Source: a virus. From it: a DNA stretch of 64,000 nt. The stretch lies in IMG/VR virus record IMGVR_UViG_3300030099_005362; one strand, given 5' to 3'. Positions 1 through 10,415 of the stretch are shown here, piece after piece. The notes under the pieces are model-generated. The model had not been told where the DNA came from. It was given only the letters and a program-made list of their open reading frames with translations, and did no database searches. A program made the translations under genes and the position numbers. Position 1 is the stretch's first letter; each line of letters opens with the position of its first letter.

Positions 1-100
1 AAAACGCAGTCTGGATGCCACACGCATGAAAAGCGTTAGCCCACGCCATTCTCTGATAGTAGTGTGCGTGCGTTCCATCATTAGAAATAAGTACTCTCAT
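1..100 (-). CDS. 5' part of a CDS running off the window (MRVLISNDGTHAHYYQRMAWANAF...), possibly a glycosyltransferase
   Basis: ATG at 100 overlaps the TGA of the upstream gene (ATGA); open to the window edge; glycan cluster context. Confidence 0.5.
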   Translation of the reverse strand, partial: MRVLISNDGTHAHYYQRMAWANAFHACGIQTAF

Positions 101-807
101 TTAATATCCTTTATTCTATCTATTTCCACAATAGACATTTTATCGGGCTCATAACATTGGAAGTTCCCACCAGAAGCCAGTATCATGTTTATAATTTCAA
201 ACGATAATTTTTTCTTATCTTGGTTTTCATACTTGTGAAAGATCCCTTTTAGTATTTTATACTCTCTGCCGGTAACATAGGCTATTTGTGCCCATTTTGT
301 AGGTAGGCCATAAGACATAATAGAAAGTTTGCCGTCACACGTTGTAAGCCCAACCTCGGTGTCTTTTATTTGTTCGTTGTTGTCTACGATAACAAAAGAC
401 TTATCATAGTTAACCTTTAATGTCGATTCGTTGAAATAAAGATCCCCATGCATAAACAAGATGTTTTCATTTATTGTATTGTTAAACGCTAGCCTCAAAC
501 TTTCAGAAGAATTACTGTCCTTATATAGTTGGTTTTCTACTATTCTTGTTTTTCCTCTTGTCTTTTTTACGATCTTATTTGCATGGCAACCGACGACATT
601 TATTATTTCTGGCGACTCAAAACACTGGTTGATAGTATTTATCTGGTGCTCTATTAGTAATTTACTTCCTATCTTCAATAAGCTACGTGGCTCGTATGAC
701 TTTATTCTACTACCTATTCCGGCAGAAAGAATAGCAACAGAAACCTTCCTATCAGTTCTTGTTTTTCTTTTTGGGTCGTTTGTTATTTTTGTTGTAAATC
801 TAGTCAT
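97..807 (-). CDS. sugar/choline-phosphate nucleotidyltransferase (NTP_transferase, LicC-like)
   Basis: N-terminal ILSAGIGSRI...PRSLL motif; HGDLYF. Confidence 0.75.
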   Translation of the reverse strand: MTRFTTKITNDPKRKTRTDRKVSVAILSAGIGSRIKSYEPRSLLKIGSKLLIEHQINTINQCFESPEIINVVGCHANKIVKKTRGKTRIVENQLYKDSNSSESLRLAFNNTINENILFMHGDLYFNESTLKVNYDKSFVIVDNNEQIKDTEVGLTTCDGKLSIMSYGLPTKWAQIAYVTGREYKILKGIFHKYENQDKKKLSFEIINMILASGGNFQCYEPDKMSIVEIDRIKDIK

Positions 808-1535
808 TATCTAGAACCTAAAATCCTTGCCTGCTCTCTAAATATCTCTGGAGTCATTTTCATTGACTGGTTGTTTCCGTGTTGATTTGCAATACCTAGA
901 CACTCTGGTACGTGTGTCATAATGCAGTGATTAGCAAGTCTTATCCAGAGATCGTAATCTTCCGTACAACCTATAAAGCCCTGACTGGCTGGGCCATGAA
1001 GCCTGCTGTCAAAAAACTCTCCGTTAGGAAGCCGGATCTTTTCTAAATATTTCTTTTTAATTAACGAGTTGCTATGAACAATGCACTTATTAAGTAGCTT
1101 CACTTTATTGTAAGAAGGTTTGAATTCCGTCTTTGAATATTCTGGAAACACATTTTTGTAGTCCGCGTATGCCACTCCTACTTCTTCGTATTCGACAAGC
1201 TTTTCGACAAGCTTTTCTACTTTTTCGGGAAGATAGGCATCGTCAGCGTCCAGTACTCCAAATATGTCTGCCCATTCCCAAGCCTCATTAATCGCCACGT
1301 TTCTGGCCACCGATGCTCCGGAGTTTTTGATTCTCATAAAGCAATACTTATCTTTGTCTTCTTTTGACTCTTTGTATTCCTTTAGCTTTTTCCAAGAGTT
1401 ATCAGAAGATCCGTCATCGACCAAAAATATTCTAATAGGCCCAGCGTATGTCTGGTTGTCAATGCTTTTCACGGCATCTATAACATATTCACCATAGTTG
1501 TAGTTCGCACATATTATTGCTACTTTAGGAAGCAT
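807..1535 (-). CDS. glycosyltransferase family 2
   Basis: ANYNYG, VDDGSSD, GASVARN, LDADD, EDYDLW motifs. Confidence 0.9.
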   Translation of the reverse strand: MLPKVAIICANYNYGEYVIDAVKSIDNQTYAGPIRIFLVDDGSSDNSWKKLKEYKESKEDKDKYCFMRIKNSGASVARNVAINEAWEWADIFGVLDADDAYLPEKVEKLVEKLVEYEEVGVAYADYKNVFPEYSKTEFKPSYNKVKLLNKCIVHSNSLIKKKYLEKIRLPNGEFFDSRLHGPASQGFIGCTEDYDLWIRLANHCIMTHVPECLGIANQHGNNQSMKMTPEIFREQARILGSR

Positions 1536-2370
1536 TTAGTTCCTCCCAGCTATATATTGTTTTTGTTCCCGATTTTTTCTCTGCTGATTTCAATTTGTCT
1601 ACAAACGTGCCAGTGATCGAGCTGGTATCTTCAAAAACTTTTGGTTTATTGCCGTTTAAAAACTTAAACAGAAACGAAGGAAATGTCAGACCAGAAAAGA
1701 AGTTATCTGCATCTATCATCAGCAGTTGCAACATATCTTCGTTAACGGCCTTATGAATCACACTAAGTATATTTTTAGGAATAGTGTCGCCGCTTTCAAC
1801 TGAGCGTATCCAGCCATTTTGTGCATGTTGGAATGAAGCGTCCATCAATAGCTCCATATCTTCAGGAGTAAAACTCATCTGTACAACGTGATATTTTGTA
1901 TCTGACTCTCCGAGTCTTTTGTGTAGGGCGTCCCATATTTGTTCGTTATACTCTACCTTGTCTGTGATCACGGCTACCGAGGCTATATTCGGATCGTCAA
2001 TCTCTAATAGACTATCTAGGGTCACTTCTAAAGACTGTATCGACTCGTTTCTTCCCTTGTCTATTTCTGTTTTTAGTCTTATAAATAGGCAGAGACGGGG
2101 ATAGACCTCATCCAATACCGTCAATTCTGGATTCATGGATTCTTCTAAATCCAAATCGTTAAACCACTCTTCAGGACGATATGTATTACAGAAACGACTG
2201 GTGATAAAGTTTTTTTCTTCAAGCTTGTCAACACCAAGCTTTTCGTGCCTCCCGAGACTGCATCCCATCTGGGTTTTCTCTTTATTTGTTTGAGCAAAAA
2301 CACAGCCCTTGCAATTTGTTTTCAGCGTCTGACTCATTTGTTTCTCCTTATTTTTATTATGGAGACACAT
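1525..2370 (-). CDS. hypothetical protein, Cys-containing N-terminus (likely start MSQTLK)
   Basis: ORF inside an overlapping gene run; CxxC...C...C. Confidence 0.6.
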   Translation of the reverse strand: MCLHNKNKEKQMSQTLKTNCKGCVFAQTNKEKTQMGCSLGRHEKLGVDKLEEKNFITSRFCNTYRPEEWFNDLDLEESMNPELTVLDEVYPRLCLFIRLKTEIDKGRNESIQSLEVTLDSLLEIDDPNIASVAVITDKVEYNEQIWDALHKRLGESDTKYHVVQMSFTPEDMELLMDASFQHAQNGWIRSVESGDTIPKNILSVIHKAVNEDMLQLLMIDADNFFSGLTFPSFLFKFLNGNKPKVFEDTSSITGTFVDKLKSAEKKSGTKTIYSWEELNAS

Positions 2371-2756
2371 GACTGTTCGTCAAAATGTTTTTCGATCACG
2401 TCTAAAGCGGGGTTTATCATTCCCGCTATTTTATCCATTGTCAGCATACATTTTATAACATTGTCCTTAAAAACAATTCCGTTAATAATATCTATATGCA
2501 CGCTGTCTTTGAAAAGATGTTTTGATATCAAATAGAAGTCTGGCTCAATTATGGTTAACTGACAGCCTGTCCTCATCTTCTTAAATATAATCTCTAGAAG
2601 CTTCTCGGTTTCAGAATATGAAAACGACGACAAAAATCTATCGCATACAATTTCCTGTGCCTCACTATCAAGGACTCCTCTAGAGAATGATGCTATGTTA
2701 CTAAAATGCTTAAACGAATCATCTCCGGTCTGGCTCTGACTAAGATAGGCTTTCAT
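2334..2756 (-). CDS. hypothetical protein, possibly a degenerate SAM-methyltransferase fold
   Basis: KMRTGCQLTIIEPD resembles the LKPGGxLxIxxPD segment of methyltransferases; no motif I. Confidence 0.4.
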   Translation of the reverse strand: MKAYLSQSQTGDDSFKHFSNIASFSRGVLDSEAQEIVCDRFLSSFSYSETEKLLEIIFKKMRTGCQLTIIEPDFYLISKHLFKDSVHIDIINGIVFKDNVIKCMLTMDKIAGMINPALDVIEKHFDEQSCVSIIKIRRNK

Positions 2757-3798
2757 TAGAGACCTCCATTGTGTCTGTATAATTTTCCACTGTATTGTAT
2801 AATAGATCGTTCCACTTCTCTATAAACGGATCTAAACCGTATCTCTCGCATATAGTTTTTCTTGCTTCGGCTCCTAGTTTCTTGGCTAGATCCTCGTCTT
2901 TTAGTAATAGCTCTAGAAACGATCTAAGTTCGTTCTTGTTGTTTGATATGAATCCATTTTTGCCGTGCTCTATAATCTCTGGAATCATGCATGTTTCTGT
3001 GGAAACAACCGCACACCCACAGGCCATAGCTTCCAGCAACACAGTGGGAACGGGCGAGTGTATTGATGTGTTATAAAAAATTCTTGAGTTTTGATATATT
3101 TGTCTAAGATGACTTGCGTCTCTGGCAGGCTCAGAGAAGCCCTCGTTTCTGCCGGTACATTTCCCAACGACTGTAACAGGAAGTCTCCCACTGGTCTCTC
3201 TCCAAAGATTAAAACCGCAGCACCAGTCTCTGCTTGGCCATTCGTTGACTACAGATAGACAGGTGTTTTTTCTTTCAGCTTCCTTGTCGTAGTTCCAAAA
3301 TTCTGTGTCTATTCCGTGCTCTATTACGATCCCCTTATCGCATCCCCACGCCTTCTTATTAAAGTCTGATATGAAGGAGTTTTGATCTACCGGTATAGAT
3401 TGAAAAGCGTTTATTTCTTGCTTTGTGTCAAAACGGATATCGGGTAAAACATGGCAATGCCTAAGAATTGGTATCGAAATTCTGTTTGTTTGAGATCCAT
3501 ATGTTCCAGAGAGTAGATCGTGTACAACCTCAATCCTATTGCAGCTTGTATGACTCAAGACCAGATCAAAATCAACATAATCAGGAAGCGTGTCAATGAT
3601 GTGATAGTTCTGCGGAACTTCAGCATACGATGTGTCCCATTCTTTTCCGTATCGGAGAGAATAAAACTCATGACCCGTTTTGCATAGGTTTTCTTCATAT
3701 CTCTCGTGGGTCGCAAATGTAAGAATGTTCAGCTTGTCTCCACGCCGAACTTTTCGCATTAAAGACCTTATAGATCTTCTGTTGGCATTAGCTGTCAC
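2740..3798 (-). CDS. glycosyltransferase family 4 (GT-B)
   Basis: HGIDTEFW; PTVLLEAMACGCAVVST; EIIEHGKNG. Confidence 0.9.
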   Translation of the reverse strand: MTANANRRSIRSLMRKVRRGDKLNILTFATHERYEENLCKTGHEFYSLRYGKEWDTSYAEVPQNYHIIDTLPDYVDFDLVLSHTSCNRIEVVHDLLSGTYGSQTNRISIPILRHCHVLPDIRFDTKQEINAFQSIPVDQNSFISDFNKKAWGCDKGIVIEHGIDTEFWNYDKEAERKNTCLSVVNEWPSRDWCCGFNLWRETSGRLPVTVVGKCTGRNEGFSEPARDASHLRQIYQNSRIFYNTSIHSPVPTVLLEAMACGCAVVSTETCMIPEIIEHGKNGFISNNKNELRSFLELLLKDEDLAKKLGAEARKTICERYGLDPFIEKWNDLLYNTVENYTDTMEVSNESLS

Positions 3799-4897
3799 TC
3801 AATAACTCCTTCATTATTTTTCCCACTGATTGGTGATCAAAATTTTTGGCCGTAGACAGGCACTCCTGCCTTCGTTCTTTTTCGTCATTAGTATGATACT
3901 TATTATATGCATCACGCATAGCTTTTGACAACTCTAAAATATCTATTTCTGACCATAATGTCTCGGCAGTATCTATGTCTGGAAGCGTATCAACGGCACC
4001 AAAACATGGCGTAAGTCTAGACTTTACAGGCGTTCCAACACAGAAGTCCATTCCGATACCATCTGTATATATGGCCGGAATACCTAGTGCCATAGCCTCT
4101 AACGCTGGAATGCAGAACGCCTCTCCCCTGCTAGGCATAACAAAAGAGTTTATCTGACCCATGACTGAGATGTAATCATCTTTTGGCAGGATTCCAGCTA
4201 GTACAATTTCTTCCTTGTATTTACTTCTTATCTTAAGGCCGTCCTTTACGGCTGTGCAATATCCCTGTACTGTATCCAAGTCTGCCCTAGATGTTTTTAT
4301 AAAAAGATTAACAGGCTCTCTTGGGTCAAACTCTATGTGAAAAGCCTGAACTAAAGCTTTTAGATTCTTTCTTTCTATAAACTCGCCAACAAACCCAAAA
4401 GTAAACGAGTCCTCCATCTGTTGAATTTTTCTTCCTCTGCTTTTAGTGAAGAATCCATTTGAATAACTGTCGATGTCTATAGAGTGCGGCACGATCTTTA
4501 TAGGAACCTTGACACCGCTTCTTCGTGCGGCTTCTAGATTCTGTTGACTAGGAACCCATATCTCATCCATCATGTTAGCATAATAGTGCCATGCAGTCAT
4601 AGAAAAGTCGTGAGACTCGCTATCAAAAAATCCTATGTTCTTGTACGCTGAATTGTAGCAGTACAAATGCGGCAAGGTGTGCTGTATAACAGTATCGCAG
4701 TCATTGTTACTGCTTCTAGAGCTATATTTTGCCTCCAGCTCTTTGATTCTTTGTGGATACTCTGTGTCCTGAGAATTAAAGCTTATAGCCCTCGGAACAA
4801 CCTCTACTCCCGCAGCATCTAGTGCTAATATGTTACCGGCACAGGCGTTCGCCCATCCCGTACCGTCTCGGTAGTTTCCTATATATAGTACTTTCAT
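3788..4897 (-). CDS. glycosyltransferase family 4 (GT-B)
   Basis: ERKN; PSRGEAFCIPALEAMALGIP. Confidence 0.9.
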   Translation of the reverse strand: MKVLYIGNYRDGTGWANACAGNILALDAAGVEVVPRAISFNSQDTEYPQRIKELEAKYSSRSSNNDCDTVIQHTLPHLYCYNSAYKNIGFFDSESHDFSMTAWHYYANMMDEIWVPSQQNLEAARRSGVKVPIKIVPHSIDIDSYSNGFFTKSRGRKIQQMEDSFTFGFVGEFIERKNLKALVQAFHIEFDPREPVNLFIKTSRADLDTVQGYCTAVKDGLKIRSKYKEEIVLAGILPKDDYISVMGQINSFVMPSRGEAFCIPALEAMALGIPAIYTDGIGMDFCVGTPVKSRLTPCFGAVDTLPDIDTAETLWSEIDILELSKAMRDAYNKYHTNDEKERRQECLSTAKNFDHQSVGKIMKELLSDS

Positions 4898-5583
4898 GCC
4901 CTAAGTATTTTCCCTATAATCTGGTCTCTGGTTAGGTTTTCAGAAGAAATCTTCTCATATTTGTCAAATGTTTCTTGATCAACATACCAGTCTTCTACTG
5001 GCTGATTCGGATGAAGACCAACGTTGCCAAAAAGTATTTTATACCCTGAAGAAATAAATTTGTCTCTAGAGTCTCTGTGCACTTTCTTCCAGTTGTCATC
5101 CTGAAAACTTAGGTGCAGGTTGTGCTCAAAAGTTATTGCTCGAAAGCTATATGTAGATAAATCCAAGTCTTCCAATACCTTCTCTTGTGCTGCGTCAACG
5201 TCAAAAGAAAGATAGTCCATTTTTTGTGGGGCGTCGTGCTGTTTTAGTATCTCGTTTATATTTGTTTTCATGAGATCCTCGCAGACGAGCGTACATGAAC
5301 GAAATTTGTTTGCTTCCCTTATGTATACATCGTCATAATCTATTGCTATTCCGTTCCAGTCTCTAAACCTTTCTAGACCATAGGTGTTGCTCATGCAGCT
5401 AATGATAACTTCTTCGGCATTTAAGTCGCTGACACCAGCACCTATGTCCAAAAAGAATCCTTCATCAATATCAAGTATTCTATTTATAACCCAGTCCTGA
5501 CTAAACTGAGAAAAATCAAAGCTATATTTTATGTCATCTTTGTCGTAGGTGTCGGCCCAAATGACCCTCTTTTCTTTTTGCAT
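4894..5583 (-). CDS. FkbM-like SAM-dependent methyltransferase
   Basis: SQFSQD, FFLDIGAG, SNTY, WNGIAID, DYLSFDVD, EDWY. Confidence 0.75.
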   Translation of the reverse strand: MQKEKRVIWADTYDKDDIKYSFDFSQFSQDWVINRILDIDEGFFLDIGAGVSDLNAEEVIISCMSNTYGLERFRDWNGIAIDYDDVYIREANKFRSCTLVCEDLMKTNINEILKQHDAPQKMDYLSFDVDAAQEKVLEDLDLSTYSFRAITFEHNLHLSFQDDNWKKVHRDSRDKFISSGYKILFGNVGLHPNQPVEDWYVDQETFDKYEKISSENLTRDQIIGKILRA

Positions 5584-6161
5584 TAATGTTCCCTCATATC
5601 TACTGTAATCATTCCGCCGTTTCCGATATCATGGAAAGTAAAGTTTATTTCGTTTGCCTTGAGATACTGCTGTAAAAGTCGTGCCTTGGTTTCAACATCA
5701 TCAACGATCACCAGCGATTTGGTTGTTTCTATTCTTTGAAACTGTTCTAGGGTTTGTTGGTGTCCTAGTGGCTCATCCGCTCCGTCTAGATAATAGATAT
5801 CGTACCCCGATTTTATATGGTTGATAGCGTCCCCAAGCTTTAATTGCAGGTCATATCCTCTGCTCCTTGCAACTAAAAATGAGTGTGCTAAATGATCTAG
5901 ATTTATGTCGGCAATCGTTAGGGAGCCTCCATTCTTCAGTATATAATCACCAAAAAAGGTGTCACTCCAACCAGAGCCCACTCTAAACCTTCCGTCGAGA
6001 GACTCTATAGCACCCACTTGAAATACTTTTATAGGGCCACTAAAGGTGGATAATAGATCCTGAAATAATGAGTCCCTTACCTTGACATCCCCCACAAATT
6101 CAAACTCGCCTTCCTTATGCTGCAACAATGCTTCAGCGTAACTAAAATCAAGTTCACTCAT
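5583..6161 (-). CDS. class I SAM-dependent methyltransferase-like protein
   Basis: VFQVGA, YDIYYLDG, LVIVDD; start moved to the ATG overlapping the upstream stop (ORF track start 6200). Confidence 0.6.
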   Translation of the reverse strand: MSELDFSYAEALLQHKEGEFEFVGDVKVRDSLFQDLLSTFSGPIKVFQVGAIESLDGRFRVGSGWSDTFFGDYILKNGGSLTIADINLDHLAHSFLVARSRGYDLQLKLGDAINHIKSGYDIYYLDGADEPLGHQQTLEQFQRIETTKSLVIVDDVETKARLLQQYLKANEINFTFHDIGNGGMITVDMREH

Positions 6162-7798
6162 ACCATTGCTCCAATCATTTGTCCCCTTAGCTGCTCCCAT
6201 TCATTGATCTGATTCCTGAAGTTTATCATCTCATTACACGCTGCCTCAAAAGAGAAACTTTCATACTTATCCATCGAGCCTAGATGTGACTCGTTGAAGT
6301 AAAAGTTGTCATCTAGATTACGAACTCTATATTTGTAGGTACAGTCTCTAAGTATTTTAGACCACAGATATCCACCTATCCATTCCGGTTTATATAGTAT
6401 GTTGTTGAATATAAAGTTCACCTTGTCTGTCATGTCTATAATGTCAGAAGGTATACCAGTTGCTGGTGTACGAATATCTGGAGCAGACAGCCAAGTGTCT
6501 TTTGGGTCTCTAAGCTCAATCGACTCTATATGCTTCAGCCAAACATCTGCCGTCTTATCCCAGCTATACTTCTGCCTTGCTGTTTTTGCTATCTGTAGAC
6601 CTTTCGGCCTTAAGGCGTCTTTGTTTTTTATCAATGTTTTCAGTAGTTCCACGAAGTGATCATTATCTGGGATTGCTCTGTAGCACCCTGTTTCACATTC
6701 CATAGAATAAGAAAGGGGTGGAACTTTATATCCATCTATATTGTCCACTACGGATTCCATAGCGGAGTAGTATGTAGACACCACAGGAACTCCAGCATAA
6801 GCCGCTTCAAGCTGAGGCATCCCAAATCCCTCGCTGTTTGCATACTGAACATACAAGTCAAATACGTTGTATATACTATTAAGCTCTTGATCGTTTACTG
6901 GATTTTCTAGTCCAGCCAGAGTCCGATTAAGTGTCCCACAATTACTACAGTAGCCAACACAGTCTTGAAAAAAGTCCATATGCAAGTGTCCGCATTTGGT
7001 ACATTTGTAAGTAAACAATACTCTGTTGTTTAATCCAAATTCATCAAGAAGCTTGGGGGTTTCCCATCCGATATCTGGATAGTATTTATGGCAGTATAGG
7101 AATGTGTCTGGATCTTTGGTCTGATCGAGATATTTTCTAAAGGCCTTGAATAAATCGGGATAGAGTTTTCTTCTTTGGTTTCTCATTACCGTACCCACGA
7201 TATTGCAGGTAGGGTCGATTCCCATTTTGTCTTTGTGTGCAGCCTTGTCTTCTGCTGGAAAAAAGTCCTGACTAGCCGCCGGAGACGCAATGTTGATGAA
7301 GTTGATATCATTACATTGCTCAAGCATTGTATCTCTACCAAACTCCGAGTATGCAAAAACCGAATCCGCCGACCGGAAGGTGTTTATCCATTGTGGATTC
7401 TGGGGTGCAGCATCTACGGTAGGCATGATCGCCCAGTGAAACATATCTCTAAATGGCGACCTCTGCTGATATTCAAACATCCACCAGTCACGGATATCCA
7501 TCACGACATCCGGCATAAAGTCTAGCACCACAGAGTTAAACGTCTGTTCACCAAATACAGCCGTAGGTCTTCCGTAATACGAAGCAAACTCTGGAGAGTC
7601 TTTTAGCGGCTTGTTGGGATAAACTTTCCAAGGCCTATTGTAAACTTCTGGGTCAGCAGAAGAAGCATAGCAGGCCAGTTCTGCCACCTCAAGAGAATCT
7701 ACTTGGCTTAGTCTAGTAAGAATTTCTCTTGTGTACGTAGAGTATCCCGTTTTTTTCCAAGATGCCTCGGAAACAAAAAGAACTTTCTTCTTTCTCAT
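6158..7798 (-). CDS. glycosyltransferase family 4 with zinc-ribbon insertion
   Basis: TGYS, RNQRRK, CTKC..CSNC insert, EGFGMPQLEAAYAGVP. Confidence 0.85.
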   Translation of the reverse strand: MRKKKVLFVSEASWKKTGYSTYTREILTRLSQVDSLEVAELACYASSADPEVYNRPWKVYPNKPLKDSPEFASYYGRPTAVFGEQTFNSVVLDFMPDVVMDIRDWWMFEYQQRSPFRDMFHWAIMPTVDAAPQNPQWINTFRSADSVFAYSEFGRDTMLEQCNDINFINIASPAASQDFFPAEDKAAHKDKMGIDPTCNIVGTVMRNQRRKLYPDLFKAFRKYLDQTKDPDTFLYCHKYYPDIGWETPKLLDEFGLNNRVLFTYKCTKCGHLHMDFFQDCVGYCSNCGTLNRTLAGLENPVNDQELNSIYNVFDLYVQYANSEGFGMPQLEAAYAGVPVVSTYYSAMESVVDNIDGYKVPPLSYSMECETGCYRAIPDNDHFVELLKTLIKNKDALRPKGLQIAKTARQKYSWDKTADVWLKHIESIELRDPKDTWLSAPDIRTPATGIPSDIIDMTDKVNFIFNNILYKPEWIGGYLWSKILRDCTYKYRVRNLDDNFYFNESHLGSMDKYESFSFEAACNEMINFRNQINEWEQLRGQMIGAMV

Positions 7799-7809
7799 TT
7801 AATTACCAA

Positions 7810-8115
7810 TCAACCGTGCAAAATTTTAAAACTTGTTACTCTAAAAACTATGTCCATATCGTTTTCTGACGAGTCGTCATTTCTTGCAATTGCCTCTACA
7901 GCAATCATACAGTCGGGATATGCGTATTTTTTTATAGCTTTAGCTGCGGTATCCCAAGCTTCAAACTCTAAATAGGTGAAGGATCTTATTTTTTCTCCGT
8001 CTCGCCCCTTCCTATACTCTTCTACTTCCAATGTAAATCTTATTACTGACACGCCCTTTTCGATGTATACATCCGGTTCTCCATCAAGCTTCCCTAAAAA
8101 ATGACATTTATTCAC
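7810..8115 (-). CDS. divergent single-stranded DNA-binding protein
   Basis: MNKCHFLGKL...FTLEV...FEAWDTAA SSB OB-fold pattern; next to dnaE. Confidence 0.7.
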   Translation of the reverse strand: MNKCHFLGKLDGEPDVYIEKGVSVIRFTLEVEEYRKGRDGEKIRSFTYLEFEAWDTAAKAIKKYAYPDCMIAVEAIARNDDSSENDMDIVFRVTSFKILHG

Positions 8116-8125
8116 TTTATTCCTT

Positions 8126-9703
8126 TCAAATTTGTGATACCTGATTGACTATTAACGATGTTTTATCTTTCTTAGATGTTTCGCCAATCATTAGTACCGT
8201 ATTGCCTTCTATCAATAAATCCCTGTGTTTTTCATAACACTCTGGGAAAACAGTAATCGAATCAACTGAGCCGCTTCCATCCTCAGCACACAAAAAGGCC
8301 ATCAATTGGCCGGGGTTTTTACCACGTTTAGTTTTATAAGTTCTAACAGATACAATCTGTGCAGCGAGATTCGCTTTACCTGTTATCGTGCCATTTGCTA
8401 TGTCTTTGCACATATTAGTAGCAACATTTAGTTGTATTCCATCAATTTTATCGCAAGTTAATGAACAACTCATATATTTTTCTTCGTCGGTGGCTATTGT
8501 AGCGGCTGTATCGTTTAAATCGTAAAACGGATTTTCCAAAGAGTTTTTGATATCTAGCACGGTCGGGGTTCTTCTGGAGTTCACCTTTATTGTTTTTAAC
8601 ATATGTGATATTGCATCCGCAAGTCCTTCTGCGTACAGTGCGGGATCTTGACTGTTATGATTATCCGCTATCGCCTGTTGCTCTCTAGCTGAAAGCTGCT
8701 TCCAACTATCGAACTCATACAGCATCTTCTGTCTGCTCTCGGTGTTGGACTTCCCATTAAATGCCCCAACAGATATGAGAGATATGACAGAACGCTTATT
8801 AAGATTTAATTTGTAAATTATATTTACCAGCGAATCCATCCAGCTATAATTTGACACGTCTGTCTCAGACAGCATGTTCTCGATTTTTTCACACTCTTTA
8901 ATGCCAACGTTCTTGATGTGTCTCATACCAAAGTAGATAACATCCTTATCGTTGCTTCTTGTAAAGTTGGTGTGTAGATGCTGTAACCTTGGAGGAAGAA
9001 TATCTATATCCGATCTTCTGGCATCCATTATAAGTTGCTTCTTCTCGATGTCTGGCTTTGGCTTTCTATCTGCACGATTTAGGTATTTCTCATAAAACTT
9101 TTTGAGTCTATAGGTTTTACAATAGGCGGACCAGTAGGCGTTGATGGCATATGAAACAGCATGAGATTTATTGAACGCATATCTATTGGACTTTTCAATC
9201 CAAGAGAAAAGCTCCTCGGCCACCTCTTGTGTTACAATACCCATCTTTTCCGTTCCCTTTAGAAAGGTCTCCTTAACCGCCTCCATGAGATCCGCTTTCT
9301 TTTTACCAATGGCTTTACGCAAGGCGTCCGCCTCTTTAAGATCGAATCCAGCCAGAACCTGAGCTATCTTCATAGATTGTTCCTGATAAACAAGAACGCC
9401 ATATGTCTCTTTCAAAATAGGTTCCAAAGACTCATGTAGATACTCCACAGGACTATTAGGCTTACCAGCCTTTCTATCAGCGTATACCTGCGTCATACTC
9501 TTTCCGTCAGCGTCTTTTGCCTTTAGACAACCGGGGCGAATTAGGCTAATTAAAGCCGCTAGCTCCTTTACGTTTCTAGGCCTGACTTCTTTAGCCCAAT
9601 GTTTACCTAGACTAGACTCTAACTGAAAAACACCCTTTGTGTTTCCGTCACAGATTAAGTCCCAAACTTTCTCGTCTTCAAAGTTGTTAATATTAAACGA
9701 CAT
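8126..9703 (-). CDS. dnaE: DNA polymerase III alpha subunit, C-terminal half (fingers, HhH, OB)
   Basis: GVFQLES, IRPG, YQEQ, LRKAIGKKK, YAFNKSHAVSY, MAFLCAEDGSG; likely start MSFNINN at 9703 (ORF track 9733). Confidence 0.92.
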   Translation of the reverse strand: MSFNINNFEDEKVWDLICDGNTKGVFQLESSLGKHWAKEVRPRNVKELAALISLIRPGCLKAKDADGKSMTQVYADRKAGKPNSPVEYLHESLEPILKETYGVLVYQEQSMKIAQVLAGFDLKEADALRKAIGKKKADLMEAVKETFLKGTEKMGIVTQEVAEELFSWIEKSNRYAFNKSHAVSYAINAYWSAYCKTYRLKKFYEKYLNRADRKPKPDIEKKQLIMDARRSDIDILPPRLQHLHTNFTRSNDKDVIYFGMRHIKNVGIKECEKIENMLSETDVSNYSWMDSLVNIIYKLNLNKRSVISLISVGAFNGKSNTESRQKMLYEFDSWKQLSAREQQAIADNHNSQDPALYAEGLADAISHMLKTIKVNSRRTPTVLDIKNSLENPFYDLNDTAATIATDEEKYMSCSLTCDKIDGIQLNVATNMCKDIANGTITGKANLAAQIVSVRTYKTKRGKNPGQLMAFLCAEDGSGSVDSITVFPECYEKHRDLLIEGNTVLMIGETSKKDKTSLIVNQVSQI

Positions 9704-10379
9704 ACATATCACCATTAGCGAACGTTTTTTCAAACTTAATTTTTTTAGATAGGTTTCTCTGCATCTTTAGGAACTTGATTAAGATGTTCGCCGTATCTTT
9801 TACGTCCTGTAGTGCATCGTGAGCATTGTCTTTAGGCATACCAAAATAGTCTCTCATATAGTCCATGCTATACCCCTTAACATCTGAGTTGTTTTCAAAC
9901 CAGCAGTAGATATGCTGCATTAGATCCATAGTGAAGATCGGATTGAAAATTTTCTGGCGTCCTTTTTTCTCATCGACTGGGCCATACATTTGACACATAC
10001 GCTCAACAATGGGCATGTCATAACCGTTGATGTTGTATCCAGCAGCAATAGGTGCGGAGAAGCTTGTCTTCTTAAAGTTGTACTTGTCACAGAACTGGGC
10101 AAACTTCTTCCATACTGTTTTTGGTAGGGGTGCTTTGGCTAAAGCCCCTCTGGTTTTCCTAGTAATTTCTAGTGCCTCGTCTTCAAGCGGGTCGAATCCA
10201 GCAGCGACAGCCTTTTCGTCGTCAATGATCGGCCTGATCTCACTATTGAAAGTTCCTCCCGGTTGTAAGGTAAGCTTCCGAGCATGAATCGCCACCGCAG
10301 CAATTTGTGTTGGTTGACACTTGTGAGGATTTCTGCCTCCGGTCTCAAAGTCAAATACAATAATGTCTCTATAGTTCAT
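9693..10379 (-). CDS. DEDDh 3'-5' exonuclease (DnaQ/epsilon-like)
   Basis: VFDFETGG, GYNINGYD, HDALQD. Confidence 0.9.
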   Translation of the reverse strand: MNYRDIIVFDFETGGRNPHKCQPTQIAAVAIHARKLTLQPGGTFNSEIRPIIDDEKAVAAGFDPLEDEALEITRKTRGALAKAPLPKTVWKKFAQFCDKYNFKKTSFSAPIAAGYNINGYDMPIVERMCQMYGPVDEKKGRQKIFNPIFTMDLMQHIYCWFENNSDVKGYSMDYMRDYFGMPKDNAHDALQDVKDTANILIKFLKMQRNLSKKIKFEKTFANGDMYVV

Positions 10380-10415
10380 GGGTGTCTCCTAAAGGTTTTG
10401 TTGTTTGTAGTATTT

